A stretch of DNA of 64,000 bases from Octopus vulgaris (GCA_951406725.2 OX597820.1:12586001-12650000); one strand, 5' to 3'; shown: positions 40,406-56,528, counted from the stretch's first letter. A program made the numbers and translations. Notes: generated from the letters alone by a model not told the origin.

Positions 40406-41129
40406 TCGGTGTGTGTGTGTGTATGAATATACATATACACAAACACATACATGTTAAAGTACGGAACTGAAAGGTCTTCAACGCTAGACCGCGATTTTTA
40501 GCTTCATTTGTCTTGGTCAGAGAATCGTGAGGAATGAACTGGCATTTGCCAGTAAATATATAGAATTTCAATCAAAGAAGTTATTTACGACGTGGAAATA
40601 CTGCCAATTTTCTGAAAATATTCTTCTCTCCGTTCCTATCGTCAAACCTCGGTTAGTTGCCAAAGTCATCTCATTTCTTTGTTACCGGAGAACATTTTGA
40701 TAAACTGACAGCTTTCCCGTAGCGAACATTTCTTTCAAAGTGCGATGGTTATATGGCTGAGATTGTACGTATTTTAATACTATCTCTCATGAGGCCGGAT
40801 GACACTCCGTTGAATTTCGAGTCTCCGAATAAGAGCTAAAACAAATCCATATATAGTATTTTTAATATGTCACTCTGTTCAAATTACTCTAAGTATGAGA
40901 ATATTCGAATTTAAGACACCAATATCTAAATTGATTGCATGAAAGATATGAAGATAAAATACTTCTATACGAGTATCTTTCTGTATTTTGAACGAATAAT
41001 CAACTACAAATGACGAATATAGGGAGATAAACACAGTCAGGCTTGATACTTATAATTTACATGGGGCACAAAACTTACACCCATTGAAATAACGAATATA
41101 TATATATATATATGTATGTATATTTGTGT

Positions 41130-41420
41130 AGGCAATGGCCCAGTGGTTAGCGCAGTGGTTGTAGGATCGCGGTTTCGATTCCCAGATCTGGCGTTGTGAG
41201 TGTTTACTGAGCAAAAACACCTAAAGCTCCACGAGGCTCCGGAAGGGGGTGGTGGCAGTCCCTGCTGTATTCTTTCGCCACAAATTTCTCTCGCTCTTTT
41301 TTCTGTTAGCCTGCTCGCTTAGCCAGCGGGGTGGCGCCATTTGAAGGCTAAAACAATGTGAAGCGCATTGTGACCAGCGATGTGTAGCAACATCTGATAA
41401 CCTGGTCGGTCACGGTGATA
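41130..41420 (+). mobile_element. Family C-head SINE with alternative tail 2
   Basis: Head and body match family C to about 41300, then the sequence diverges. Confidence 0.8.
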
Positions 41421-42778
41421 TATATATTTACACTCGTTGCCTTATTTTATACACTGTGTCTTTTGGGTTCCATGTAAATGTATCTATATCAAACCCAATT
41501 CTACTTGTCTACCTGCTAGCCTACATACCAGCTTGATCTGTATTTCCCTTTCGGCCAATACTGATGTTGTGGGCCTTGCCCTGCAAGAAGAATCAGAATT
41601 TAAGTTCCCATTCATTTGGGCACCACTACTTTTTATCTATACTAAGTTCATTTGACTCATCCCAACCTACTATATATTGAATAGTAAGAGGTAATGTAGT
41701 TCGCAAATGGTAGTACGATTCGGGAACTGTGATCAATAAATTATTGAAGTATTATTATAGCCAATAATAATTTCTCTCTGCTTGTCTCTGTTTATCTATA
41801 TACCTATATCTATGTATATATGAATGTATATGTATGTTTATATGTATGCTTGTGAATTACATATATATATATCTGTGTACGTGTGTGTGTGTGTGTGTAT
41901 ATACAATGTTTTTATGTTCAGGTATAATAAATACAACTTTAATTTAATATGGCGGCATATTGTATACTTTCGTAGAGTACAGATTTGTTATACTTAAATA
42001 AGAATATTATATATGCATATGTATATATATATATAATATTATATGCATATATATATTTCCATATATATGTACATATATACAAACATATGTATATATATAT
42101 ATAAATGTATGAATGAATATATACACAGATATATAATATATGTCTTTTATATATATTTATACCCATAGATAGATAGATAGATTTTTAGATAGATGGATAG
42201 TTGGATAGATAGACAGAAAGACAGACAGACAGACAGGCAGTTAGACAGGCAGTCAGACAGATTGACCGACCGACCTACCGACCGGCCGATCGATCGATCG
42301 ATAGATAGATAGATAGACAGATAGATAGATACTTAGATATGCAGACATATACATGCGTGTCTATCTGTGTGTGGCATATATATAACATAAGTGTATGCAT
42401 ACATTTCAACTAATGTAAATTTAAGAAGGAAAAAACAAAACATTATTTATATAAAATAGATACAGTCTGGAATTTTCATAAGGATATATATTAAATATAT
42501 ATATCAGACGATCTACCAGACTCCGCTAGTGATAAAAGTGGCTTTCAGTTCAAAAATGTTGTAGATCAAAGACACATTATTCGAAATATATCTCTGATCA
42601 AAGGAAAAACAATAGTAAAAATATACGAAAATTTAGACTTGAGGGTTACACTATAAAGTTAATATGATGCAGTAAAGTTACTTTGTAATATACACACGCA
42701 ATACATAGCACACACAAACACACACTAATGCAGAAACAAACACGAACATACACAAGCAAATATTTATCTCGCTACACA

Positions 42779-42844
<66 letters not shown>

Positions 42845-43310
42845 GCTGAGCTACTGGGAGAGACTGAGAGAGCTACGACTCTACTCTCTGGAGCGAAGAC
42901 GGGAAAGGTATGCAGTGATATATGTATAGAAGAGACTGGAGGGGCTGGTACCAAACTTTGGAATTGAGTTATGCCAGACCTGGAAATGGACGTCACTGCA
43001 CTGTTCCAAAGTCCCAGTTGTCTGAATAAGGCGAGAACCATGTACTGCAATAGGTTGGGATTTAAGTGTCCACAGCTATTTAACGCCGCGCTAAAACATC
43101 AGAAGGACCTCCATGGAGTGGGAGTAGATGCTTTCAGAATCCCAGATGAACCAATATCAAGACAGGAAACTCAAAAGAGGGCAGCGATATCGAACTCCCA
43201 CCTTCACCAAAAGCCAAACCCATAGAATTGGCCAATTAAGGTGATTACAATGGCGGTGACCCAGCATGGCCGCATCCTAGGGCTAAACGTATAAAACAAT
43301 AAAAGAATAC
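42845..43310 (+). pseudogene. CR1-group LINE 3' fragment related to 11911-12897
   Basis: LRELRLYSLERRRERYAVIY; CNRLGFKCPQLFN..IPDEP; tail ggcggtgacccagcatggccgca. Confidence 0.85.
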
Positions 43311-43314
43311 ATAC

Positions 43315-43361
<47 letters not shown>

Positions 43362-43452
43362 TATATACGTAAATGTTTGGATTATATGCAAACATCCATA
43401 TATCTATCTATAAATATATGAGTGCATGTATATAGGTATGTTGATGTGTGTG

Positions 43453-43519
<67 letters not shown>

Positions 43520-43521
<2 letters not shown>

Positions 43522-44108
43522 GATATAGGATACATTTTTTTACGGGAAAAATTTTTATCAATGGCCAGCATATCAAAAAATGCCTTTAAAGGTAAAATTT
43601 ATACATAATTTACAAGATAGGGGCAGAAGAAAAATTCTAATGCTAGATACGCCGAAAACAAAAAATTGTCGATAACCATTAAATTTATGCGTCTCGAAAC
43701 AAACCGATAGAAATCTCTAAAAAAAATTCGTTATTACCGTATTGGTCAAATTTCGGGGTTAATTCACATTCTCACCTCTTCAGCGGCACATACGCGAGAT
43801 ATAAATGAAATACTTATTCATACCCACTGAAGAAGCAAGCACCAAGTCCCGATCAGACTTAAGTACCCCAAATATATCCAAAATAGAAAAATCTTCGGCG
43901 CACCTCGAGACACGTGTGATTCGAACTAGAAACTTTCACAGAGTGATAGAATCCGGAAGTGAACACTAGTCTATTTATATTTGATATAGGATAAACATTT
44001 TTTTCGGGAAAACAATTTTATCAATGGCCAGCATATCAAAAAATGCCTTTAAAGGTAAAATTTATACAAATTTACAAGATAAGGGCAAAGCCCTTATCTT
44101 GTAATTTA
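43520..44108 (-). mobile_element. Partial tandem (461-bp unit plus about 107-bp direct repeat) HHR element in (TA)n
   Basis: 43520-43626 repeated at 43981-44087; terminal hairpin 44073-44103. Confidence 0.75.
43736..43787 (-). ncRNA. Type I hammerhead motif
   Basis: gccg-CTGAAGA-ggtg..cccc-GAAA-tttgaccaa-TA-cggt. Confidence 0.62.
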
Positions 44109-44199
44109 TATATATATATGTATATATAAATTACATATATATATATATATCTATATGTATTCTTGTAAATTATATATATATATATATATGTGTGTGTAT

Positions 44200-44421
44200 T
44201 CACGTTCAAAATGTGATCGCGTGAGTACCGTTGGCGATTTTTTTTCCTCCGTCTTCCCTTCTCTGGATCTTTCCTTTTCCTATGTTTCTGACGAAGAGTC
44301 CGCTCGAAACGTAAAACCCTCCTTCTTCCTTTCCTTCCTGAGCGTCCAATAATACTATATTTGTTCCACGTCCTCGCGTTGTTGTGTTTTCTCTTTGTGT
44401 TTTCATGTTTGGATTAACTTT
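44200..44421 (+). mobile_element. PLE-like terminal fragment in (TA)n
   Basis: Contains an HHR; second copy at 35137-35312. Confidence 0.7.
44284..44317 (+). ncRNA. Minimal type I hammerhead motif
   Basis: gttt-CTGACGA-agag(tccg)ctc-GAAA-cg-TA-aaac. Confidence 0.72.
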
Positions 44422-44679
44422 ATATATATATATATATATTTCAAAAAACTAAAAAGTACAATGTCCTGATTACCAAAAATACCCTTATTGTAACCTGGTG
44501 TCCTCCACCGCTTCTTCTCTCACTATAGTGATCTTTGGAATCAAGCAAAACTGCGTAGAAGAAAACATTCAAGTTTACAATACGTCTTAAGGCTTCGTTA
44601 GAAAATGTAGTCTTAACAAATCATTCAACGAATGAGAGTCCGAGTAAACGGAGAATATAGATATACAGAAAATAAAGAT

Positions 44680-44888
44680 TCAAATTTTGGAACAAGCGCC
44701 ACCAATATGGGGGGAAGGGGTCAGTTGATTACATCGAACCCTGTTCTCATCTCTTAATTTATTGAATCCCAAAAGGACGAAAGGCAAAGTGAATCTTGGC
44801 AGAATTTGAGCTCGGAATATAAAGATGGAAGAAATGTTGTTACTCTTAATGTCCGGCGTGACAATCAATCTGCCAGTTCACTGCGTTA
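44680..44888 (-). mobile_element. Degraded family B SINE
   Basis: Core alignment to family B. Confidence 0.7.
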
Positions 44889-45324
44889 GATAGAAGAAAT
44901 AATAAAAAAGGAAACGTTATGGAAAGGTGTACAAAAGATTAAGCATATGGATTTATGTGTCTCTAATCAAAAATGTAAAAGGATAAATAAGAAATTGGAA
45001 GATTGGTATATTTACAAGGAATTCAAGACAATGTATGGCTTCTGAGTTGTACAACGGTGGCAAGGGAAAAATTTACTTGAATAGAATGGAATTTTGTAGA
45101 AATGGACACGAACAATGTGTTCTGTTGCGGACGTTGTTTAAGATAGTCTTATAATGTAGAAAGAAACTGTATGAATGATTGCACGCATGTATGCATGAGA
45201 GTATGTATGTATATATCTTTTTATTTGTCCATGCGTCTATGTGTATGTTTGGTCTTGTAATTTTGCACATGAGTGTAATTCTGCACGTATCTTTAGCTGA
45301 GGTAAATGTAAACGGTGATATATA

Positions 45325-45705
45325 TCTCTCTATATAAACGGCAGTTTGTCTGTGCGTTTTCTGTGTGTCTGTTTTCTCGTACCCTCACTCTGACCACGGC
45401 TTTCAACCGATTCTGATGAAACTTGACACACACATAGCCCAATGTCATAATTCAAAACTAACGCAGCGAAAATTTTGAAAAGTTTCCCCAGTTCTGAAAA
45501 AAATCGATAAATTCGACATGGGGTCGAGAATGAGAAACCAAACCACAGACCGTCTAGGGGACGCAACTCCACCTGTTTTAACTCTCAAAAAAAATTTACC
45601 ATCATTTTTTTTCCATTTTTTTGCTATTTTTTGACTATAACTCTCTAAAAATGCTTTATAGTTATTTCCCTTACAAACCTGAGCAACGCCGGGCGATACT
45701 GCTAG
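45325..45705 (+). mobile_element. Non-autonomous Helitron
   Basis: a|TC start, hairpin cctgagcaacgccggg, CTAG|t end. Confidence 0.85.
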
Positions 45706-45857
45706 TATATATATATAACGGTGATATATATATATATATATATATTCATAAATGAGGGTGAAAAATTAGGTATTAATTTAATAATACCGTCAATTTAACA
45801 CAAAGTGGCCTAGCACATAGAAACCAGGGAGACAGTAAAAATTTATATATAAATCTC

Positions 45858-46132
<275 letters not shown>

Positions 46133-46217
46133 TTTCTTGTGATTTGCCTTGCATTTACTTCGCATTTTTATGGCCTTATCCACGATCATTTTTAGTATGT
46201 ATATATTATATATATGT

Positions 46218-46279
<62 letters not shown>

Positions 46280-46363
46280 AGGTCCCGGGTTGATTTGGGG
46301 TTAACCACAGTAAATAAGGTACTCAATACATAGCAGAGTAAAATTAATTTATTATATAGAAGG

Positions 46364-46414
46364 AGCTTCTACAGGACTAGAACTGTTTCATTCAAGAGAA
46401 ATCTTCAGGAAGCT
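46364..46414 (-). ncRNA. Type I hammerhead motif
   Basis: agcttc-CTGAAGA-tttc(tctt)gaat-GAAA-cag(ttctagtc)ctg-TA-gaagct. Confidence 0.75.
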
Positions 46415-46627
46415 AGTTAACAAGAATTGTATTGGCATTTATACATTTAGGCAGGTTTAAAGGGGTGGTGGTGGGGGACTTTTTGGGGGTAGGCATAGCG
46501 CAAAAATATCATACTTGGGGGAGTGGTCAAGGAGTCAGTGGTAAATTAGATAAAAGAATAAATAAAAGAATAAAAAAATATATAGAAGAATAGAGTTTTA
46601 GGTAAATAAGGAGATTCTCACTTATAC

Positions 46628-48944
<2,317 letters not shown>

Positions 48945-49100
48945 AAGGTCGCAATTTGGCACAATCGGTAGCACACTGGAGAAAGTGCTTAGCGGCATTT
49001 CTTTAGTTGTGAGTTTCAAGTCTACAAGGGACGCCTTTGTCTTTCATTCTTTGAGGATCGATAAAATAAATACCAGCTGTAATGTAATCGACTTAGATAC
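48945..49100 (+). mobile_element. Degraded family B SINE
   Basis: Weak core alignment to family B. Confidence 0.55.
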
Positions 49101-50734
49101 ATCGTCAAAAGCGGGATGTTCATTCTGGAGCGCCTTTACTAAGTACTACTATCAATGCCTAAACAACAACAGCATTATCGATGAGAGTATTGTATACAGA
49201 ATTGAAAGCCCATAGAAACTGGTCTGGAAAATCAATATATGCAAAATGGGCGAGTATACCGTAGAACAAAGATATGCTTGCATGGAGATCGAGCTTAGTT
49301 TACATACTTCAACATTTCCTTTAATTCAGTGAAGATCGGGTGAACTAGAAACGGCTTCAATTCACTTCCTTTTTCAATGTTACTTGCGTAAGAAATGGTT
49401 ATGTGTGAAATGATCTGTAACGAATTTATTCGATTGAAGATTATTGGAAGTAGCCACAACTGGAAATGTAATATCCTTAAAATTGTAATCATTCTAAATC
49501 GTTGTTGGTCAATTACATTATCAACGGAAACGGCAAATGGACATCTATTTATGAGCGTTGTATTGAGATTAGAGTAAACGATGTGACCACGGGTAGTTAA
49601 ATTGCTCGTTAAACAGTAATTTTCCAACACTGAATAAATGTGGAACAAATATATCAATACAATTGTTGGATGTTGCAAGTGAATTCTCCAACATAGGAGA
49701 CTTAGTTATGTACATGAGTGCATCAATAATAAGATATTCTGAACTGTGCATTGTGCCCGTTCGTGCACTAATTATTCAAGGATGTGAAGTATATGAAAGG
49801 CTAAATATTTAGACATGTGTTTATTCGAATGTAGAGGAAAGTTTTGACAAAGTATAAGTAGTTTTAGAAGTGGTAATGCTCGATGGTTTATATAAACATA
49901 CTTAAATACACGCGTGAAAATGTTTAATCGTCGGTGAGAGGGAATATATAAATATTAAATAAAGGAGGAATACAAAGATTTTGCAAAAGCCTATAGTTGT
50001 GGTTAGCGCTTGTTGTTCTCGTGTTTCCGTTCTTTCATTGTATTAGACAACACAAGAAATACGGGTGTGAAAATATAACCGTAAAAAAGCAATTAATACA
50101 AATGTATTACACACAAACACATTTCTATAAAGAAACACATATACATACTTACATACATATATACATATTACTTGTCATTGCACTCATTCTGGCTTCAAAC
50201 TAAATCGCCTACGCTTCGTACATTGTGATACAGATGAATTTACATCTTAATACAGAAAATGTTAATGGCATGGAGTTCATTATATCAAAAATATTTGACC
50301 TTGACTTTGAAAGAGAAAAAGGAGCGCAGTTTACTGGAAGAACAGATTTTAGAACCTGATGCCAATGGATACAAATTTCTGATTCCTAGAAATACTACAA
50401 CTCGATTTATTATCCACAAGTAGCCGAGAGGCAATACCTTTAAAAACATTAAGCTCCAGTTGAAGTCCAGACTTAATTTAAGGACTTATAAAAATAATAT
50501 GAATGCGTGGGTAATTGCTGCTTGGCGATATTATACTGGGAAGGAAAATGAGATCGAGGCAGTTGATACAAAAATGAGAAAAGCTGTAACGACGCATGGA
50601 ACACGTCATCAGAAAGTAATTAGTTAGTTGTGAGTAACAAACACAAAATTGAAAATAAGGCGTTAGTAGCATAAAGAACCAAATTCATCTCAACGGCACT
50701 GAGGAAAAATCGTTAAAAGTACCATCAAGAGAGT

Positions 50735-51420
50735 TCATTACCTTCGTGCGACCAGGTCAGCAGATCCGTTTCAAGAAGAAGACCAAGAAACTTCCTGAGG
50801 AAAATGAAAAGTGGAAAGGCTATTGGGAGGTAACTGCAGATTTACCTGGGTGCCAGGTTTTCTTTCCCATCCCAGTTTCGAAAAAACCAGATATTTTGAT
50901 GTGGTGTGAAAGAAAGAAAGTTGTAAATATAGTCGAGCTAACGGTTCCTCACGAAGATAATATGGACGCCGCTCGAGCTCGAAAATTAAACCGTTATGAA
51001 AACCTCCTCGAGGAATGTGAAGACGCAGGCTGGAAAGCGGAACATTTTCCTATCGAAGTCGGATGTAGAGGGTTTGTAGGACACAGCGTGAGACGACTGT
51101 TGTTATCGTTAGGCCTAACTCATCGTAAAGTCAATACCACCAAGACTGATATCCAATCTACAGTGGAGAAGGCTAGCCACTGGATTTGGTTAAAAAGAGA
51201 TGATAAGCGATGGCTAGAAGTATATTGAGTTCTTCATAACCAGCTGATCTAGCAAGCGGGGCCTCATATCAGTGAGGGGGGCCGGTGCGCATTGATGCCG
51301 TCAAGAGGTAGGCCCCGAAACGGCGCGCATTCTCTCCTGATGACCCCATACACTTGCTAGCTTCCGATATACGGAGCTTTTAACTGGTAGCACTTGCATG
51401 TGCAAGTTGTTTGCAAGACA
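50735..51420 (+). pseudogene. 5'-truncated RLE-type non-LTR retrotransposon (HERO/NeSL-like), ORF remnant 50746-51228 plus structured 3' UTR
   Basis: KPDILMW..VELTVPHEDN..RKLNRY..PIEVGCRGFVG..ASHWIWLKR: PD-(D/E)xK RLE motif set. Confidence 0.88.
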
Positions 51421-52888
51421 TTCGGATAGTATGACTGAAGAACATAGGTAAATAAAACAGGACATCGCAAAGACAGAAGTACTAATTATATACGTTGGAA
51501 TAGAAATAATCTGACTTCAAATGAGCTTTGAATAGAAGAAGCCATACTACAACAGGAAAAGCAGTTATATGGAGAATTTCGTCGACTGCTAGAATTTGAA
51601 AATTCACGGGTCATTAGGAATGTGAGATGTGTTGAGATGCGGAAAGAGAAATCGCAAGTTTGTTGGTAACTGCTCAAAATCAAACCCTAAACCGTACTTA
51701 AGGGAGCAAGGTATTTATCCCATCGCTTCGACGAACAAATGTCATTTAAATACTTACCGACCGGAAAAGAAATAGAATACACACACACACACGGTAATAT
51801 ATATATATATATATATATTGCGTGGACGAAAGTGTGTGGAGGAATCTTCTGCGTGCTCTGTCTCTCTCTATCTCTCTCTCGCTCTCCTCTTTCTCTCTCT
51901 CACACATACATACACACACTTACTCATACACATGTGTGTGTATGTGTGTTTGTGTGTATAGATGTATATATTTAATAATGACAATTCCGCCTCCTTCGAA
52001 AGATGTAACTCTGATACGGCGGTTGCCAAATTTTGCTGTTCTATTCGTCAACTGCAAATTTTGGGGAAGTCCATTTTTCTCTTTGTTTTCTTTCTTTATG
52101 TTTTTTTGGATTATCTGAGTATACTCTTCTACAATAATAAAACAAACAACAAATGGGAAATTTTAAATACTGCTTCTAAGCATCATTAGATTATCGATAT
52201 AACGTTAACAGTGTCACGTAATTGTATTTCACATATTTATCAACTAATAATTAACAGACACCCGAACCAAACTTGGTCTATCAATGAGAATAAACCAGTC
52301 AATGGAACGCTTGTTCATGCTTTTCGCCCAGAATTTTGGGCACAACTACTGTTGATTTCCCTTCGCTTTCTTTCTATTGAAATGTTCTTAATTAGTTATA
52401 CTTTTCAAATGAAACTCTAAACAGACACCTTTTCAAGGGTTCATATCAGGATTATGCTTACTTTTTTTGTCAATGTAGAATGAAAAGCTTTCAAACAATT
52501 TTAGCCATTAGATAGCTTGGTGGTTATGGTAGCAGCATATAACATGAGATAAGAGAGACAGACACACTGTAGGATATCATTCACATTATTTTCCATCAGC
52601 ATTGTAGCAGCTTACTCCATTAATTACTTTTATGAGCAGAAATTTTTTGCATCATGCTTAACAATTTTATGTTGATGATAAATATCAATCAGGATAATGT
52701 CACAGATTTTTTTGCAGATCATTGTTGATGAGAAAATCATTGAATGGCAAAAAAACGTAAATAAGTAAATAAATAAATGTATAGGCTTTTCGTTCTGAAT
52801 AAAAAGTTTACAGTTATAAACATCAGCGTAGATTTCTACATTATCGAAAACGTATCTGTCAAATTTCCTGAAAAATAACTTGCATATA

Positions 52889-53283
52889 GGCGCATGCGTG
52901 AGTGTATGGTAAGAAGGTTTCTTCCCAACCACATGGTGCTGGTTTCAGTCCTGCTGCGTGGCATCTTGGGAAATTGTCTTCTACTATAGCCTCGGCTCGA
53001 CCAAATCCTTGTGAGTTGATTTGGTTGACGGAAACTGAAAGAAGACTGTCATATATATGTGTGTGCGTGTTTTATGTGTCTGTGTTTTCCCCACCAGCGC
53101 TTGACAACCGGTTGCTGGCGTGTTTAGGTCACCGTAACCTAGCAGTTCGGCCAAATATACCGACAAAATAAGTACCAGGCATTTAAGAAATAAGACTAGG
53201 GTTGATACATTCGGCTAAGAACTCTCGAAGGCGTTGCCCCAGCACGGCCGCAGTCTAATGACTGAAACAATTAAAGATAAAAC
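52889..53283 (+). mobile_element. tRNA-SINE family A, older copy
   Basis: Full-length alignment to family A. Confidence 0.88.
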
Positions 53284-55196
53284 AAAACAAAAAATTAAAT
53301 AATTATTACAACAGTTATAGAGAAATTGCTTCCACAGTGGTCACTAGACAGTAGCTACACCCGAGTTTTGGAGATGTTTAGAAGAGTTCTTAAGAAATCA
53401 AATCTCATATATTGAGGGGACTAATCTTGAACGGTGCTTTGTTTTGTTGGTTGCAATTGTCAGGAATCTGTAACACACTGACAGAAAGCTGTTAACGGTA
53501 GTGATGTAGAAAAAACATTCAATCAGGCAACAGCGAACCTTCTAGAAATCTCCATTGCAAGAATTATATCTGCTTCTATGACATTTTGTAAGCTGAAAAT
53601 TCCTTCAATTTATTCTTACACAAGCCACCGCCAGCAACGTTTTCCAATTTGATTTCTTTTGTCACCCGAGAAGTTGAATACGGACCAACGTTCCATCAAA
53701 ATAATCATTGAAGTTTGGTTTTTGGAGAAACCAAGTGCTGACAAATTTCAGTTTCGTGTACAGGACTCGCCTTATAACTTCCAGTCATTGTCTAATAATC
53801 ACAATTGTAATCACAAATGCGTTAACACAAAAGAGACGAAAAGAACGTTTACATTTGGAAGAAAAGTTCCAGTTCAGTCCACAATTTGCAAACCTAACAT
53901 GAAACCAAGCCTGTTCAGAACGCTCACACGTTAGCGATGAAGATAAAATAAAAAAAGGCCTATTTCTTTGATTAAGTAATGCTTAATATTTCTTGCTCAA
54001 ATAAAATTTACAGAATTGTTTCCATTTAGAAACAGTATTTCTATAAATGACGATGAAAAAAGCTGAATAAATATCATTTACAAATATTCTTAACTGTCCC
54101 TGTACGAGAGATAGATATATAAAAAGTTATTTTATAATAACATTGTATATTTCGTTTTTTCTAGAGTTATTCTATTCCTAACAAACCCATATAGCAATTT
54201 AGAAATATATGATATTTATTGTTAAGAGCACGATAAAAAAAAAAAGTATGAACATTTTATCATTAAATTACCTACGAGAAAGTTTCTTCTCAACCGCAGA
54301 TGTTTTTAATTTAGTAATTTTAAAATACACATCATCAGCAAATTTATTCAAAGATCAGCAAAATTTTATCCCCTGGTTTGTAATTTTAGCCCGATTGGGA
54401 AAACTTATTGCCTGAAGCATTTGCACCAAATCACGAACCACTCAGTAAATATTAATTCCATATAGCAAGGTTTGTATGTTCGGATCAATAGTTTTTGGGA
54501 AAATATTGACATTGCTGCTTCCACATACCCACTCCGTATAGATATGGGAGTATTTTAAAACTTATAATTGAAGAAACATTTTTAATGGGGGCTAACAATT
54601 TTTTTTTTTTTTGCTGACAGTGAGCCTTATTTTTTTTTAATTATAAAGTAGCTAATAAAAGTTATCGGTTTTAGTTTTTAAATCTAAACACTTTTAACAT
54701 TTTTAACTATAGCTGCAATATTTTATGTATAAATATGCTTGTCCTGTACTTTTCCAGGTCTCCTAACTTGGCCTGTACTTTTGCAGGTTTAATAACTTAA
54801 GAATATTAACCTCGATGTGTCCGCAGTTTTTCATTGTAATCCATTGTTGTTTTCCAGGCAATGCAATTAAACTAACAAAGAGTGACAATTAATAATTTTG
54901 GATTTTACCTGATCGAATTTTTTTCATTTTATTTAATACATATATTGAATAATTTTTCAATTATATTTCATGTTTGATGATTGAATTAAAATAGGAAGAA
55001 GTATTAATCTAAATAAATAAAAATGAATTGTAAGAGCACTTTAGTTACACTTGCTCATGATAGAATCGAAAATTCAAAGAGAAAGAGAAGAAATCTTATT
55101 GTGAAGCAAGAAAGACAACTGTGTATATTTTATATATAACAGTTTATATAATCAATTATAAGACTCTGAGCGAGGTACAAACAATAGCCGCACGAC

Positions 55197-55293
55197 ATCG
55201 TGAAGTATATTTACCGCCTAAATGTGACTACGAACTACAGTAGCATCAACTCTTAAGGGTCAGCCAGATTAAGGAGGCAAATATATTTCACGA
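55197..55293. mobile_element. Internally deleted copy of the 61935-62129 inverted-repeat element
   Basis: Both arms and the upstream flank are homologous. Confidence 0.6.
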
Positions 55294-55319
55294 GTTCATA
55301 TAATCTCTTCTACTCTAGA

Positions 55320-55518
55320 CACAAGGCCCAAAATGTTTAAGGAAGGGGCCAGTCCATTAGATTGACCCCAGTATGCAGTTGGTACTTAATTTATCAACCC
55401 TTAAAGGATGAAAGGCAAAGTCGACTTCGGCGGAATTTGAACTCAGAACTTAAAGACAGACGAGATACCGCTAAGCATTTCGCCCGGCGTGCTAACATTT
55501 CTGCCAGCTCACTGCCTT
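55320..55518 (-). mobile_element. Family B SINE (short tail)
   Basis: Alignment to family B. Confidence 0.85.
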
Positions 55519-55611
55519 ATAGAGTTTATATAATAAAAAAAAAATCAGTCGATTAAGCGTCACTTACTTTTTTTCTCACTTTTACCTCATACTTTTTCTA
55601 CAAAATTTTAT

Positions 55612-55885
55612 TGCATAAAGTTAGCATTTTTAGATTCCTCTCGTTTTGATTTATCATTTTGCGCTTAAATAAAATATGAATTGCTTTTAAATTAAGAAAG
55701 TTTTTTGAGGTCAGCATCGATTGGAGGCGTTACTTAGATTTTTTTCGGTACTTTTAACTTCACAACTTCTTTATATTAAAGATTCTTTTGATAAAATCGA
55801 CATTTTTAGATTTCTCTCGTTTTGTGCTATCATTTAAGCTTAAATAAAATATTGATTGCTTTTAAAAGGAGAAAGTTACTTTGAT
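55612..55885. repeat. Diverged direct repeat, about 95 bp x2, offset about 177 bp
   Basis: catttttagatt.ctctcgttttg..gcttaaataaaata..attgcttttaaa..agaaagtt occurs twice. Confidence 0.7.
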
Positions 55886-56112
55886 ACGTTTTTTCGACTT
55901 TTGGACAACACATACTTTACGTAACTTTTTTTCTCCCCAGAACCAAATGTCAATATTTTTATACTAAAATGTAGATTGGGAGATGATTATTACAGAAATG
56001 TTAACAGTTTTGAATTTGGTTGAGTAATGAGTTAGTGACAAATCTTTGAACAGACTGCGGATGAGTAAATGTCGGCTTAGGAATATTATTCAATCACTAC
56101 AGTGCTTAAATG

Positions 56113-56150
<38 letters not shown>

Positions 56151-56151
56151 A

Positions 56152-56483
56152 CTCTTTTATTCGATTGTTTCTTTGTAAGCCTAGTAATTCTATCACTCTC
56201 GTTTTACAGTACCACTAAGTCACGGGGACGTAAACACACCAACATCAGTTGTCGAGCGATGGTGGTGGAACACACACACAAACGCACATAAATATAAACA
56301 TATATATACATATTATATAAACGACGGGCTTCTTTCAGTTTCCGTTTACCAAATCGTCTCACAGGGTTTGGGTTGACCGGAGGCTATAGTAGAAGACACT
56401 TGCCCAAGGTGCCATACAGTGGGTTGGACCCGCAAGCATGTGGTTGGGAAGCAAATTTCTTACCACACAGCCATGCCTGCGGC
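56152..56483 (-). mobile_element. tRNA-SINE family A, older copy
   Basis: Alignment to family A. Confidence 0.85.
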
Positions 56484-56528
56484 TATATGTTATCTACTCC
56501 ATATGCAGAGTTTGGCAACGTCCTGTAC

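Noticed and set aside
53340-54103. Possible decayed Tc1/mariner ending in ccctgta
   Set aside because: No matching second TIR or clear transposase motif found.
54741-54798. 29-30-bp tandem duplication; also a weak repeat at 27585-27830
   Set aside because: Two copies only; ordinary slippage, not a CRISPR-like array.
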